From an uncultured Spirochaetota bacterium (lineage in GTDB: Bacteria; Spirochaetota; Spirochaetia; SZUA-6; CAVTHK01): a stretch of 64,000 nucleotides of DNA. Shown here one piece after another: positions 49,313 to 58,958 of the stretch. Under the pieces are notes generated by a model. That model ran no database searches and was not told the DNA's origin. It saw only the letters and a list, made by a program, of their open reading frames with translations. The translations under genes were made by a program, and so were the position numbers. Location of the stretch: NCBI GenBank assembly GCA_963734495.1, contig CAVTHK010000001.1:64001-128000 (forward strand), in the 5' to 3' direction. Position 1 is the stretch's first letter; the number at the start of each line of letters is the position of its first letter.

Positions 49313-50377
49313 TTACAGCCCGGTGCCCGCGTCGCGCTCGCGGCTCCACGGCATCACGAGCCGCTCGATGAGCTTGAGGCCGGCGGTCAGCGCGACGCCG
49401 AGGATCATCACCACCACGAGGCCGGCATACATCTTGTCCGGGGCCAGGATCTCCCAGTAGTAGAAGGTGAGGAAGCCGACGCCGGTCTTGGCGCGCACGA
49501 ACTCGATCGCGATGATCACGATCAGCGCGGTGCCCAGGGCGAGGCGCAGGCCCGCGAAGATCACGGGCATGGCGCCGGGAACGATCACGTGGCGGAACAT
49601 CTGCCAGCGATTGGCGCCGTAGTTGCGGCCGGCTTCGATGTAGACGGGGTCTATGTCGCGCACGCCTACCATCGTGTTGATGGCCACAAGAAAGAAGGCC
49701 GAGATCGCGACCACGGCGATCTTGGGCCCCTCGCCGAACGGGTTGGGGAACACGAGCATCATGATGGGAAAGATCGCGATCTTGGGCAGCACGTAGAAGG
49801 CGGACAGCGTCGCGTCGATCATCGTGCGCACGGTGCGGCTCACCCCCATCACGACGCCGAGCACGATCCCCGGGGCGGCGCCGATGAGGAAGCCGAGGAA
49901 CACGCGCTCCAGCGTCGCGAGCAGGTGGCTCTCGGCGGCCAGCGCGGCGGCCCCCGCGACGCCGTCGGTCGCCAGACGCTGCGGGATCAGCCACGGCCGG
50001 CCCAGCAGCGACGTCTTGTTGAATTCGTCGTACTTCGTCGCCAGTTCCCAGAGCGCGGAGGCGATGCGCGTCGGCGGCGGGAACCAGTCGGGGCTGAGGA
50101 TTCCCGGCGCGCACGACGAGCTCCCAGCCGAGCAGGAGCAGCAGCGGGAAACCCGACGGCGAGCGAGCGCGAGTACAGCGACGACCACCGAGCCGGCACG
50201 AGAGACGCGCCGGTCTCGGCGAGCGGCACGAGCAGAGCGAAGTCCACGAGCGCCGCGGCCCACCAGACGGGCCGCCACAGCCCGGCAAGAGTCACGACGA
50301 TGTTGAAGGCTGCCAGCACGCCGGCCCAGACGAGGAGGCGGCCGGCGCCTGCCGCGTTCGCGGCCTTCGACCTTCAT
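49313..50377 (-). CDS. NitT/TauT-family ABC transporter permease; apparent indels in the 5' third
   Basis: LLGWELVVR...FPPPTRI, LPKIAIFP, YIEAGRNYGA, FAGLRLALG. Frame changes near 50372 and 50100-50150. Confidence 0.82.
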   Translation of the reverse strand: MKVEGRERGRRRPPPRLGRRAGSLQHRRDSCRAVAARLVGRGARGLRSARAARRDRRVSRAGSVVVAVLALARRRVSRCCSCSAGSSSCAPGILSPDWFPPPTRIASALWELATKYDEFNKTSLLGRPWLIPQRLATDGVAGAAALAAESHLLATLERVFLGFLIGAAPGIVLGVVMGVSRTVRTMIDATLSAFYVLPKIAIFPIMMLVFPNPFGEGPKIAVVAISAFFLVAINTMVGVRDIDPVYIEAGRNYGANRWQMFRHVIVPGAMPVIFAGLRLALGTALIVIIAIEFVRAKTGVGFLTFYYWEILAPDKMYAGLVVVMILGVALTAGLKLIERLVMPWSRERDAGTGL

Positions 50378-51189
50378 CCCTGCTCCTCCATCGAGCGCTG
50401 GACCTCGTCGCGGAGAGACTCCCAGATCGCGTACGCGAGCCGGCCGAACTGCGGCTCGGCCGTAGTGGCCATGCTGCGCGGCCGGGGGAGCGGCACGTCA
50501 AAGGACGCCTTGTTCGTGCCCGGGTGCGCGGTCATCAGCACCACGCGGTCGCCGAGGAGGACGGCTTCCTCGATGCTGTGGGTAACATAGAGGACGGTCT
50601 TCCGCTCGTCCTCCCAGAGGCGCAGCAGCTGCTCCTGCAGCACGGTGCGGGTCTGCGCGTCGAGGGCGCCGAGCGGCTCGTCCATCAGCAGGATCTCGGG
50701 GTCCGTGGCGAGCGCGCGGGCGATGCCGACCCGCTGCTTCATGCCGCCGGAGAGCTGGTAGGGGTAAGCCTGGGCGAACTTGCGAAGGCCGACGCGCTCG
50801 ATCCAGGCCATGGCCACGGACGCGCGATCGGCGCGTGAGACCCCGCGCATCTCCAGGCCGAAAGCGACGTTCTCGGCGACCGTCTTCCACGGAAAGACCG
50901 CGTACTCCTGGAACACCATGGCGTTGACCGGGCGGCCGCGGCGGCCGTGGGAGCGCGCGTCGGCGGCGCCGCTCTGCCTGTCGTCGCGCCGGACCTCGAT
51001 GCTCCCCGTGGTCGCGGGCACCAGCCCGGCCACGATGCGCAGGAACGTGGACTTGCCGCACCCTGACGGGCCGACCAGGCAGAGGAACTCGCCGTCGCGG
51101 ACCTCGAGAGAAAAGTCGCGCAGCGCATGGACCACGCCGCGCGAAGTGGCGAAGCTCTTGCAGACTCTCTCGGCCGCTATCTTGGTCAC
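50374..51189 (-). CDS. NitT/TauT-family ABC transporter ATP-binding protein
   Basis: GPSGCGKST, VFQEYAVFPW, LSGGMKQR, MDEPLGALD, THSIEEA, LPRPR. Confidence 0.93.
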   Translation of the reverse strand: MTKIAAERVCKSFATSRGVVHALRDFSLEVRDGEFLCLVGPSGCGKSTFLRIVAGLVPATTGSIEVRRDDRQSGAADARSHGRRGRPVNAMVFQEYAVFPWKTVAENVAFGLEMRGVSRADRASVAMAWIERVGLRKFAQAYPYQLSGGMKQRVGIARALATDPEILLMDEPLGALDAQTRTVLQEQLLRLWEDERKTVLYVTHSIEEAVLLGDRVVLMTAHPGTNKASFDVPLPRPRSMATTAEPQFGRLAYAIWESLRDEVQRSMEEQG

Positions 51190-52217
51190 TACTTGCGGCC
51201 GAGAACGGAGAGCGCCCAGTCGACCAGCGACGTGTCCGTTACCGTCTTCGGATCGAAGGGCTGAGAGTACTCGGTGCGGCCGTTCTCACGGTGCACGCGC
51301 TCGACGTCACGCAGGCCGTCCAGCGAGATCTCCTGGTTCGGGTCGTAGATCACCGGGTCGCCGGTTCGGATCGACTGCTCGGTCGCGTTGACGTGGGCCA
51401 GGTAGGCCTTCACGTTGTCGGACGAGAGGTAGTCGGCCCCCTGCATCATGCGCGCGGCTTCGGCCAGCGCGAGCACGAAGCGTTTGGCGACTTCCGGCCT
51501 CTCCTTGAGCAGCTTGCCCGACGACACGAACGCCACGGTCATCGCGCCGGGGGTGAGGTCCTCGGCGAGGGCGACCGCGTTGCCCGCGGCCAGCGCCTGG
51601 TCGGCGTACGGCGAGCCGAGGATGCCGGCGTCGAGCGACTTGTTCGCGAACGCGATGGGCATGTCCGTGTTGCCGAGGTTGAGCGCCTGCACGTCGCGGA
51701 TCGTGAGCCGGCCGCGCTCGAGCGCCTTGGCCGCGAGGTACTCGCCGCCGCTGCCGGGGCCGCCGGCCATGCCGACCTTCATCCCCTTGAGGTCCGCGAC
51801 AGTCTTGACCTTGCCGGAGTCGACGAGGTCCTTGCGGACGAGCAGCCTGGTGGGGCTGCCCTTCATGGGCTCCAGGCCGCCGGGCGCGATGATGCGCAGG
51901 TCCATGCCCTTGACCCAGGCATTCCAGGTCGAGGCCACGATCGCGATGCCGCCCACGTCGACCTTGCCCTGGGTGAGGAACGCGATCACCTCGGTGCCGG
52001 AGCGCACGCTCTGCACTTCCACGTCCAGCCCGTACTTCGCGAACAGGCCGCGCGAGTCCGCCACGTAGAGCGTGGCGAACTTCATGATGGGCACGTAGGC
52101 GACCACGACCTTCTGCTTCGGGGAAAGCGGCGCCACGGTCTGCGCGGGCAGCTGCGCGGCAAGCGCCGCCAGCAGCAGCGCGACGATCAGAACGCTCACG
52201 CGGACGCGACCTTTCAT
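51189..52217 (-). CDS. NitT/TauT (SsuA/THI5-like) substrate-binding protein
   Basis: Signal peptide; GLFAKYGLDVE, VADLKGMKVG, LKERPEVAKRF. Confidence 0.88.
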   Translation of the reverse strand: MKGRVRVSVLIVALLLAALAAQLPAQTVAPLSPKQKVVVAYVPIMKFATLYVADSRGLFAKYGLDVEVQSVRSGTEVIAFLTQGKVDVGGIAIVASTWNAWVKGMDLRIIAPGGLEPMKGSPTRLLVRKDLVDSGKVKTVADLKGMKVGMAGGPGSGGEYLAAKALERGRLTIRDVQALNLGNTDMPIAFANKSLDAGILGSPYADQALAAGNAVALAEDLTPGAMTVAFVSSGKLLKERPEVAKRFVLALAEAARMMQGADYLSSDNVKAYLAHVNATEQSIRTGDPVIYDPNQEISLDGLRDVERVHRENGRTEYSQPFDPKTVTDTSLVDWALSVLGRK

Positions 52218-52339
52218 GCTCCTGCCTCCTCGCCGCGCCTTCCCGCGGGCTCCCCCGCTCATCGCGCAGACGGCACGCAACTATAGCGAGGGCGCGCCGC
52301 CGCGAGCAAGAGGCTGGGAGCGGCGGTGAGCGGTGGTAC

Positions 52340-53479
52340 CTACGCGGTGCGCCTGCCCAGCTCGATCACCCTGCCCGGCCCTTCGATGAACTTCTCGAAT
52401 ATCTGAGTGGCGACCCAGGCCTGCTCCAGCGTCCCTTCGGACAGGGGGCGCTTCTCCAGGATCGAACGGGCGAACTCGTTGATCTCGTCGTAGTATCCCA
52501 GGAGAAAGAGTCCCTTGTTGAACATCTGGCCTCGCGAGAACTCCGGCTCCCAGATCGCGGTGTTCTCGTCGGGCGTGCCTTTGTAGAAGTTCGTTTCGTC
52601 CCCATAGCCGAAGCTCGCGTTGCGGCAGTAGACGAGCCTGAGGTTGTTGTCGACCACGATGTGCCTGCCGCCCTCCCTGCCCCCTCCGTGCACCGCCTTC
52701 CGCGAAACGATGACCGTCCTCTCGACTCCGCCGTTCATGGCCATGCCGCAGGTCAGGTGGAGGCACGCGATCACGTCCGAGTCGAACTTGAAGATCACCG
52801 TCCCGGCGCCGAGCGAGTTCCGGTCGTAGTACATCGTCCGGGGAGCTCCGAGCAGGCTGATCATCTGCGAGAGCGGGTGACACAGGTGATCGCTGAAGAG
52901 CCTCACGTCGTTGATGTTCTTCTCTTCCTCCAGGTACTGCCGGATCTGCTCGACCGGCGGGATCTGCTCCGGGTTCTGCATGATCACCATGGAGATCCCG
53001 CCGAAGTCGTCGGAGCGCGCGAGCTCCTTGGCCTTCATGTTGGCCTGCACGAATATCTTCTTGTAGCCGACGGCGACGGTCTTTCCGGACCGCTTCGAGG
53101 CCTCCATCATCTGCTCGACTTCGCTGCACGTCGCGGCAGGCGGCTTCTCGATCCACGCGTTGACGCCCGCCTCGAGGCAGTCGATCGCGACCGCCGGGTA
53201 CATCGGCCGGCCGCGCCGGTCGTTGCCTACGATGATGAAGACCGCGTCAAGCCGCTCCTTGCGCAGCATCTCTCTGTGATCGGTGTACGACCGCTCGCCG
53301 CCGAACTTCCCGCAGAATGCGGCCGCCTGCTCCCCGTTGAAGTCGCAGGTCGCCACGAGCCTCACGGGAGCGAACTGGAACGTCGGGAATATGTTCCGAA
53401 AGGAGTGCGAGCCGCAGCCCACCACCCCCACCTTGATCTCGCCTTCGTCGATCAGCCTGCCCTTGAAACCGATTCTCAC
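52340..53479 (-). CDS. Gfo/Idh/MocA-family oxidoreductase
   Basis: KVGVVGCG Rossmann motif, YTDHREML, WIEKPPA, DHLCHP. Confidence 0.88.
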   Translation of the reverse strand: MRIGFKGRLIDEGEIKVGVVGCGSHSFRNIFPTFQFAPVRLVATCDFNGEQAAAFCGKFGGERSYTDHREMLRKERLDAVFIIVGNDRRGRPMYPAVAIDCLEAGVNAWIEKPPAATCSEVEQMMEASKRSGKTVAVGYKKIFVQANMKAKELARSDDFGGISMVIMQNPEQIPPVEQIRQYLEEEKNINDVRLFSDHLCHPLSQMISLLGAPRTMYYDRNSLGAGTVIFKFDSDVIACLHLTCGMAMNGGVERTVIVSRKAVHGGGREGGRHIVVDNNLRLVYCRNASFGYGDETNFYKGTPDENTAIWEPEFSRGQMFNKGLFLLGYYDEINEFARSILEKRPLSEGTLEQAWVATQIFEKFIEGPGRVIELGRRTA

Positions 53480-53522
53480 CTGAGCATTCCTTTCCGCGCC
53501 GGCCGGCGCAATCCGCGCCCGA

Positions 53523-53600
53523 TCATCCCTTGATCGAGCCGATCATCATTCCCTTGATGAAATACTTCTGCAGAAACGGGTAGACGCAGATGCCCGCCAT
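53523..53600 (-). pseudogene. 25-aa fusion remnant of a deleted carbohydrate ABC permease cluster
   Basis: MAG + ICVYPFLQKYFIKGMMIGSIKG*. The second part is the canonical C-terminus of LplC-like permeases. ATG lies 11 nt after the AraC stop. Confidence 0.8.
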
Positions 53601-53611
53601 GCCGCACTCGC

Positions 53612-55816
53612 CTAAGCGCGCGCGGCGGCGGGGTCGCACGCGGACGCCTTGAGGCGGCGGTACTCTCCCGGCGACACCCCGACGCTCCTGCGGAACGCGC
53701 GCACGAACGAGTTCTGCACCGCGAACCCGACGCAGGCGCCGATCTCCTTGACGGTCTTGTTCGTCGTGACGAGCAGCTCCTTGGCCCGCTCGAAGCGGTA
53801 GGCGGCGAGATAGTCCGCCAGTCCGACGCCCACGGTGCTCTTGAAGACGCTCGACAGGTGACAGGCGGAGAGCCCGACCCGGTCGGCGATCGACTTCCCC
53901 TGCAGGTCGGGGGACATGTAGCGCTGCTCCACCATGCGCGTCACCAGCTCGACGACGTGCCGGCTGCGGCCGTCCCGCCCCGGCTCCCTCGCGATCAGGC
54001 CGGCAAAGAGATCGACGAATGAGCGTTCGATCCGCTCGACGCAGAGGTCGTTGTCGACGACCCGGCTGGCCGCCTCCAGCTTCGCGTCGGGCGCCCCGCC
54101 CAGCCGCACGTAGACGCTCAGCAACTCCCGCCCGATCATGGTGAGGTAGAGGTTGGGCACGCCCGAGTTGCGGCGGAAGAGGTCGTTGACGACGGCCGCG
54201 ACGCGCGCGGCGCTCCCTCCGCCGATGGCGGCCGCGAGCAGGCTCTCCATGTTCGTCGGGAAATAGAGCCTGCCGCTGTCGCGCGCCGATTCGCGGTCCT
54301 GGTAGACCGCGCCCCGGCTCGCGCTCAGGCCCTGCGCGAGGGCCCCCAGGGCCGAGCGCATCGACTCCTTGACCGCGCCGGCCCCCGGAAGAGTCCTGCC
54401 GAGCCCGACGAACAGCGGACAATCCTCGGCGGCCGCCGCGGCCACGAGCCCGTCAAAAGCGCCGCGCACCCGCTGCTCGTCGATCACGGCGCCGTTGGCG
54501 AGCACGACGCACTCGCCGGATCGGACGTTCGCCGTGCAGGCCCAGCGCGCCGCCGGCCCGCCGCGCTCGGCGAAGAACCGCTCGGCGATCCGACGCGCCT
54601 GCCGGGCGTCCATCGCCTTGACCACGGCGACCTTGAAGAGAGGGAACGGCATGAGCTCCCGCAGGGCCGGGCCGGCGTCGCCTGCCTCCAGCAGGTCCTC
54701 GACCGCGCTCCGTTCAGACAGGGTGCGGGTCCTCGCTTCGATCGACTGCATCGCCTGCTTCACCGTACCGAGCTCGTCGGCGGCGACCGCGCCGGTGTCG
54801 GTCCTGTCCGAGACCTCGTCGACGAGTCTCGCCACCGGGCTGTAGATCATGCCGGCGAACGCGATCGCGACCGCGACGTGCAGAAGCGCGAGGCAGACGG
54901 CGGCAACCGTGAACCAGGCGCGCACCGCGGCGAGCGGCCGGAACAGCCTCGCGTAGGGGATCTCGGCGAAATAGAAGCCGTCGAAAAAGAGAGAGCGCCT
55001 CGACACCACCAGGGAGCGGTCGTGCTCCGTGAAAGACCCGACGGCCGCGCGCTCGAGCTCGCCCCGGAGCCCCGGGTCGACCGTGGCTCCGACTCCCACG
55101 CCGTCCGAGGTGGATACGAGGCGGCCGCGCGCGTCCACGACCGAGATCCGGCCGTACTCGCTTGCCGGCGTGCGGGCGAGGATTCCCCTCAGGTTCCTCT
55201 CGTCGACCACCGCAAGCAGGGTCGCGGCGCCGCTCTGGGCGCCTTTCCTCGCCACCAGGACGAGCCAGTCCTGGTCGCCTGAGCCGCCCGCCTCACCCTG
55301 CCGCTCGGCGACCGCGAGGACGCGGAACCTTCCGGTGTCGCGGACCTTGGTGACCGAGGCAAACGCGCCCTCGGCGGGCCAGAGGAGAGCCTGGAAGGAC
55401 TGCCGCTGAGGCTCCGTCCCCTCGCTGCTGATGACGAAGCTCTGCCCCGCCCGCGAGAGGTAGCACTCGCTCACCAGCGGGAACGCGCTGCGGAATCGCG
55501 TGAGCTCCTTCATGAGCTCCAGGCGCGGGTACACCTCGGTCTCGCTCTGCGCGAGCCTCGCCAGGTTCTCCCCGGTCAGAAGCACCCCGTAGGCCGCGCT
55601 CACGAGGTGGTCGAGCTCGGCGTCCACCAGCTCGAATGCGCGGTCGAGGTATGCCTTGGTGGCCTGCTGCTCCCGCAGCTTGATGAGGTCGCCGACTTTC
55701 GCGAGCCCGACGAGACCGACGGCGAGAACGGCGACGAGGATGATCGAGTAGCTGATGAGGAGCTTGGAGAGGAGGCTTCGCAGCCCGAACAGCGATACGT
55801 ACCTCAGCCATTTCAT
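53612..55816 (-). CDS. Membrane-anchored sensor/AraC-family transcriptional regulator (YesS-like)
   Basis: Two TM helices flanking a periplasmic domain; C-terminal AraC region IADRVGLS...LSSVFK...RFERAKELL...VGF...FVRAFRRSVGVSPGEYR; TATAAT at 55852-55847. Confidence 0.9.
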   Translation of the reverse strand: MKWLRYVSLFGLRSLLSKLLISYSIILVAVLAVGLVGLAKVGDLIKLREQQATKAYLDRAFELVDAELDHLVSAAYGVLLTGENLARLAQSETEVYPRLELMKELTRFRSAFPLVSECYLSRAGQSFVISSEGTEPQRQSFQALLWPAEGAFASVTKVRDTGRFRVLAVAERQGEAGGSGDQDWLVLVARKGAQSGAATLLAVVDERNLRGILARTPASEYGRISVVDARGRLVSTSDGVGVGATVDPGLRGELERAAVGSFTEHDRSLVVSRRSLFFDGFYFAEIPYARLFRPLAAVRAWFTVAAVCLALLHVAVAIAFAGMIYSPVARLVDEVSDRTDTGAVAADELGTVKQAMQSIEARTRTLSERSAVEDLLEAGDAGPALRELMPFPLFKVAVVKAMDARQARRIAERFFAERGGPAARWACTANVRSGECVVLANGAVIDEQRVRGAFDGLVAAAAAEDCPLFVGLGRTLPGAGAVKESMRSALGALAQGLSASRGAVYQDRESARDSGRLYFPTNMESLLAAAIGGGSAARVAAVVNDLFRRNSGVPNLYLTMIGRELLSVYVRLGGAPDAKLEAASRVVDNDLCVERIERSFVDLFAGLIAREPGRDGRSRHVVELVTRMVEQRYMSPDLQGKSIADRVGLSACHLSSVFKSTVGVGLADYLAAYRFERAKELLVTTNKTVKEIGACVGFAVQNSFVRAFRRSVGVSPGEYRRLKASACDPAAARA

Positions 55817-55957
55817 GCGGGGTCCTTGGGCGCGGCGTGCCCCGGCATTATACGCGATGCGGCCGCCGCGCAAAAGGGCCGTCCTGCGCGCTGTCTGCCC
55901 CCGCCGCTCGTCGAAGTGATAGGATAGAGACAGGACAAAGTTGAAGGAGCAGGCAGT

Positions 55958-56404
55958 ATGCGAATGCTCAAAGCACTCGCGGTTCTGGCGATGGCGGCAG
56001 CTCTCACCGCGTGCGCGGAAGGAACGGATCCCGCCTCCGTAGCGCGCGCGGCTCTGCAGGCGTACAGGAGCAAGGACATCGCGGCCCTCGAGGCCGTTGT
56101 GCATCCCGACAATCGCGCGATCCTCGAGGAGATCCGCCGCGACGGCGAGGCGCATCCGCGGTGGGCGTCGCTCTTTGCACCGGATGCCTGGAGGTGGCGG
56201 GCCGTGCAGGGATGGGACGGCCGCATCGGCGAGGTGCGCACCTTCGGCGAGGGCTCACGAAGCGCCGCCATGGTGCGGTTCGGCGAGATGGGCGCGTCGG
56301 AGGTCCTGGTGGTCGCGCTCGAGTTCCGGGACGGACGCTGGTGGTTCGAGGACATCAACAGCCCTTCCGCCGCCGACTTCGCCGGGGGCCGGAAAGCCCC
56401 GTAG
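55958..56404 (+). CDS. Hypothetical lipoprotein
   Basis: RBS AAGGAG, leader ending LTAC, 148 aa; C-terminal LEFRDGRWWF suggests an NTF2-like fold. Confidence 0.7.
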   Translation: MRMLKALAVLAMAAALTACAEGTDPASVARAALQAYRSKDIAALEAVVHPDNRAILEEIRRDGEAHPRWASLFAPDAWRWRAVQGWDGRIGEVRTFGEGSRSAAMVRFGEMGASEVLVVALEFRDGRWWFEDINSPSAADFAGGRKAP

Positions 56405-56421
56405 GCTAAAGGCGCGGCGGC

Positions 56422-56898
56422 ATGGACGAACCCCGAGGCACCGCGCCCGGCGGCATCATCCGGCGCTTCGTGCCGGATGATGCGCGGGCGGTGACGACCC
56501 TGATCGGCAACACGCTCCTCGTGTCGAACACCGGCGACTACACGCTGGAGGAGATCTCCCGCCTGGCCGCGGGCTACTCCTCCGAGACGATGAATGCCCT
56601 CGCGCGCAGCGCGGACGTCTGGGTGTACGAGCACGACGGGGTCGTGCAGGGCGTGGTCTGCCTCGATCGCTCCGTCCTCCAGGCGTTCTTCGTCGCGCCC
56701 GACCGCCAGGGCCGCGGCGTGGGCCGCGCGCTCATGCGGGTGGCCGAGGCCGCGGCGCGACGGCGGGGCGTCGCGGCGCTCGAGGTTCCGGCGAGCCTCA
56801 CCGGCATCGGATTCTACGAGAAGATGGGGTTCCGCAGCCTCGGCCCGGGCCGCAGCTCCGGCGGAGTCCGCATCGAACGGATGCGCAAAGAGCTTTGA
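56422..56898 (+). CDS. GNAT-family N-acetyltransferase
   Basis: FVAPDRQGRGVGRALM acetyl-CoA motif; GFYEKMGF. Confidence 0.9.
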   Translation: MDEPRGTAPGGIIRRFVPDDARAVTTLIGNTLLVSNTGDYTLEEISRLAAGYSSETMNALARSADVWVYEHDGVVQGVVCLDRSVLQAFFVAPDRQGRGVGRALMRVAEAAARRRGVAALEVPASLTGIGFYEKMGFRSLGPGRSSGGVRIERMRKEL

Positions 56899-57078
56899 CC
56901 CGCACGCGCGCCGGACGATCCGCGCGCGGGCGACGGCTGCGACGCGGCCTTGCGGGGGGCGCCTTCAATTTTCTCCTGCTCAGGACGGGAAGAGCGCCGG
57001 CCAAACCTCTGTATAGACTTCAAAAGCACGGAATACCCTGCGGACGCCGGGCCGGGATACGATACGCTCGGCAAACGC

Positions 57079-57996
57079 GTGGAACAGGCAAGACCCAACT
57101 GGCTGCGGATTCTCTATGCCCGCCGGCACCTGCTGGCGCTCCTCCTCCCGGGACTCGTCTACTACATGGTGTTCCGCTACGGGCCCATGTACGGGATGGT
57201 CATCGCGTTCAAGCGGTTCGACTTCGCCTCGGGCATCATCAACAGCCCGTGGGTCGGGCTGCGGTATTTCCGCCAGTTCGTGACGGGCCCCTACTTCTTC
57301 CGCCTCGCGAGAAACACGCTGCTGCTCAGCCTGTATCAGCTCGTCATAGGGTTCCCCGCGCCCGTCATCCTGGCGCTCCTGCTCAACGAGGTGCGCAGCC
57401 GCGCGTTCAAGCGCACCGTGCAGACCATCACCTACCTTCCGCACTTCATCTCGGTGGTCATCGTCGTGGGCCTCCTCAAGCAGATGCTGTCGCCGACCTC
57501 CGGCATCGTGAACCAGGCCCTCGCCGCCCTCGGCCACGCTCCCATCAATTTCTTCATGGAGAAGGGATGGTTCCGGCCCCTCTACGTGGGTTCGGAGATC
57601 TGGCAGGAGACCGGCTGGAACGCGATCCTGTATCTCGCGACCCTCGCCAGCATCGACCCGCAGCTCTACGAGTCCGCGTGGATGGACGGGGCCAATCGCT
57701 TTCGCTGCATGTGGAACGTGACGCTGCCCGGCCTGCGGCCCACGATCATCGTGGTGCTGCTGCTGCGGCTCGGCCGGATTCTCAACGTCGGGTTCGAGAA
57801 GGTCCTGCTCATGTACAGCCCGGCCACCTACGAGACGGCCGACGTCATCTCCACGTTCGTCTACCGTTCCGGGATCGCGCAGTCGAACTACAGCTTCGCC
57901 GCCGCCATCGACGTCCTGAACGCCGTGGTCATCCTGATCCTCGTGTCGATGTCCAACTCTCTTGCCAAGCGATTCGGCGAGGCGGCGCTGTGGTGA
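57079..57996 (+). CDS. Carbohydrate ABC transporter permease (LplB-like)
   Basis: YGPMYGMVIAFK, SPWVGL, LYESAWMDGA; ends AALW. Start uncertain. Confidence 0.9.
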   Translation: MEQARPNWLRILYARRHLLALLLPGLVYYMVFRYGPMYGMVIAFKRFDFASGIINSPWVGLRYFRQFVTGPYFFRLARNTLLLSLYQLVIGFPAPVILALLLNEVRSRAFKRTVQTITYLPHFISVVIVVGLLKQMLSPTSGIVNQALAALGHAPINFFMEKGWFRPLYVGSEIWQETGWNAILYLATLASIDPQLYESAWMDGANRFRCMWNVTLPGLRPTIIVVLLLRLGRILNVGFEKVLLMYSPATYETADVISTFVYRSGIAQSNYSFAAAIDVLNAVVILILVSMSNSLAKRFGEAALW

Positions 57997-58898
57997 ACGA
58001 GCTGCGCGGATTCGCGGACCCCCGCCGCCGCGTCGGCCGCGGCCCCGGCGCGTTCGAGCTCGCCAACGGCCTGCTCATGCTCGCGATCGTGGCGGCTACG
58101 ATCTACCCGTTCCTGTTCGTCGTCGCGGTTTCGCTGAGCTCCGCCGAGCACGTGATGGCCAACCGCGTCGTGCTGATCCCCATGGGCTGGACGACGGCCG
58201 CGTACCGCGAGGTCTTCGCCAACTCGCTCTTCTGGGTGGCCTACCGGAACACCGTGATCTACACCTGCGTGGGCACCATGATCAACCTCGCCCTGACCTG
58301 CACGCTGGCGTACGCGATCTCGCGCCCCGAGCTTCCGCTGCGGAGGCTCATCACGTTCCTGATCGTCCTCACGATCTACTTCCATGGGGGGCTGATCACG
58401 ACGTTCATCGTCGTGCGCAGCCTCGGCATGTACAACACGATCTGGGCCGTCGTGCTCCCCTTTGCCGTGACCACCTACAACCTTCTCATCGTAAGAACCT
58501 ACATACAGGGCATCCCCGAGGAGATCATCGACTCCGTCCGCATCGACGGCGGCAATGACTTCCAGATCCTGGGCCGCCTCATCCTGCCCCTGTCGAAGCC
58601 CGTCATCGCCACGGTCGGACTCTTCTACGCCGTCGGGCACTGGAACCACTACTTCTGGCCGATGGTCCTGCTCAAGGAAAAGGCGCGGCAGCCGCTGCAG
58701 GTGATCCTGCGCGACATGATCATCGAGCACAACCTGATCGGGCAGCTGGGGACGAGCGACGAGATCCGGTTCAGCTTTACCGCCGAGACCCTGATCGCCG
58801 CGTCGATCGTGGTCGCGGTCGTGCCGATTCTCTGCGTGTATCCGTTCATACAGCGCTACTTCGTCAAGGGAGCGATGCTTGGTTCGCTCAAGGCTTAG
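57993..58898 (+). CDS. Carbohydrate ABC transporter permease (LplC-like)
   Basis: GTGA overlap; FHGGLI, EIIDSVRIDG, YPFIQRYFVKGAMLGSLKA. Confidence 0.92.
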   Translation: MNELRGFADPRRRVGRGPGAFELANGLLMLAIVAATIYPFLFVVAVSLSSAEHVMANRVVLIPMGWTTAAYREVFANSLFWVAYRNTVIYTCVGTMINLALTCTLAYAISRPELPLRRLITFLIVLTIYFHGGLITTFIVVRSLGMYNTIWAVVLPFAVTTYNLLIVRTYIQGIPEEIIDSVRIDGGNDFQILGRLILPLSKPVIATVGLFYAVGHWNHYFWPMVLLKEKARQPLQVILRDMIIEHNLIGQLGTSDEIRFSFTAETLIAASIVVAVVPILCVYPFIQRYFVKGAMLGSLKA

Positions 58899-58958
58899 GC
58901 TTCGGCGCCGCGATGCCCTCGCGGGCAACCGGCTGGAGATCACGCAAGGAGGTGTCGA

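Noticed and set aside
53523..54422. 299-aa ORF ending in a permease C-terminus as a real permease
   Set aside because: Only the last 22 residues are permease-like. The rest is an alternative frame of the AraC gene with no TM segments.
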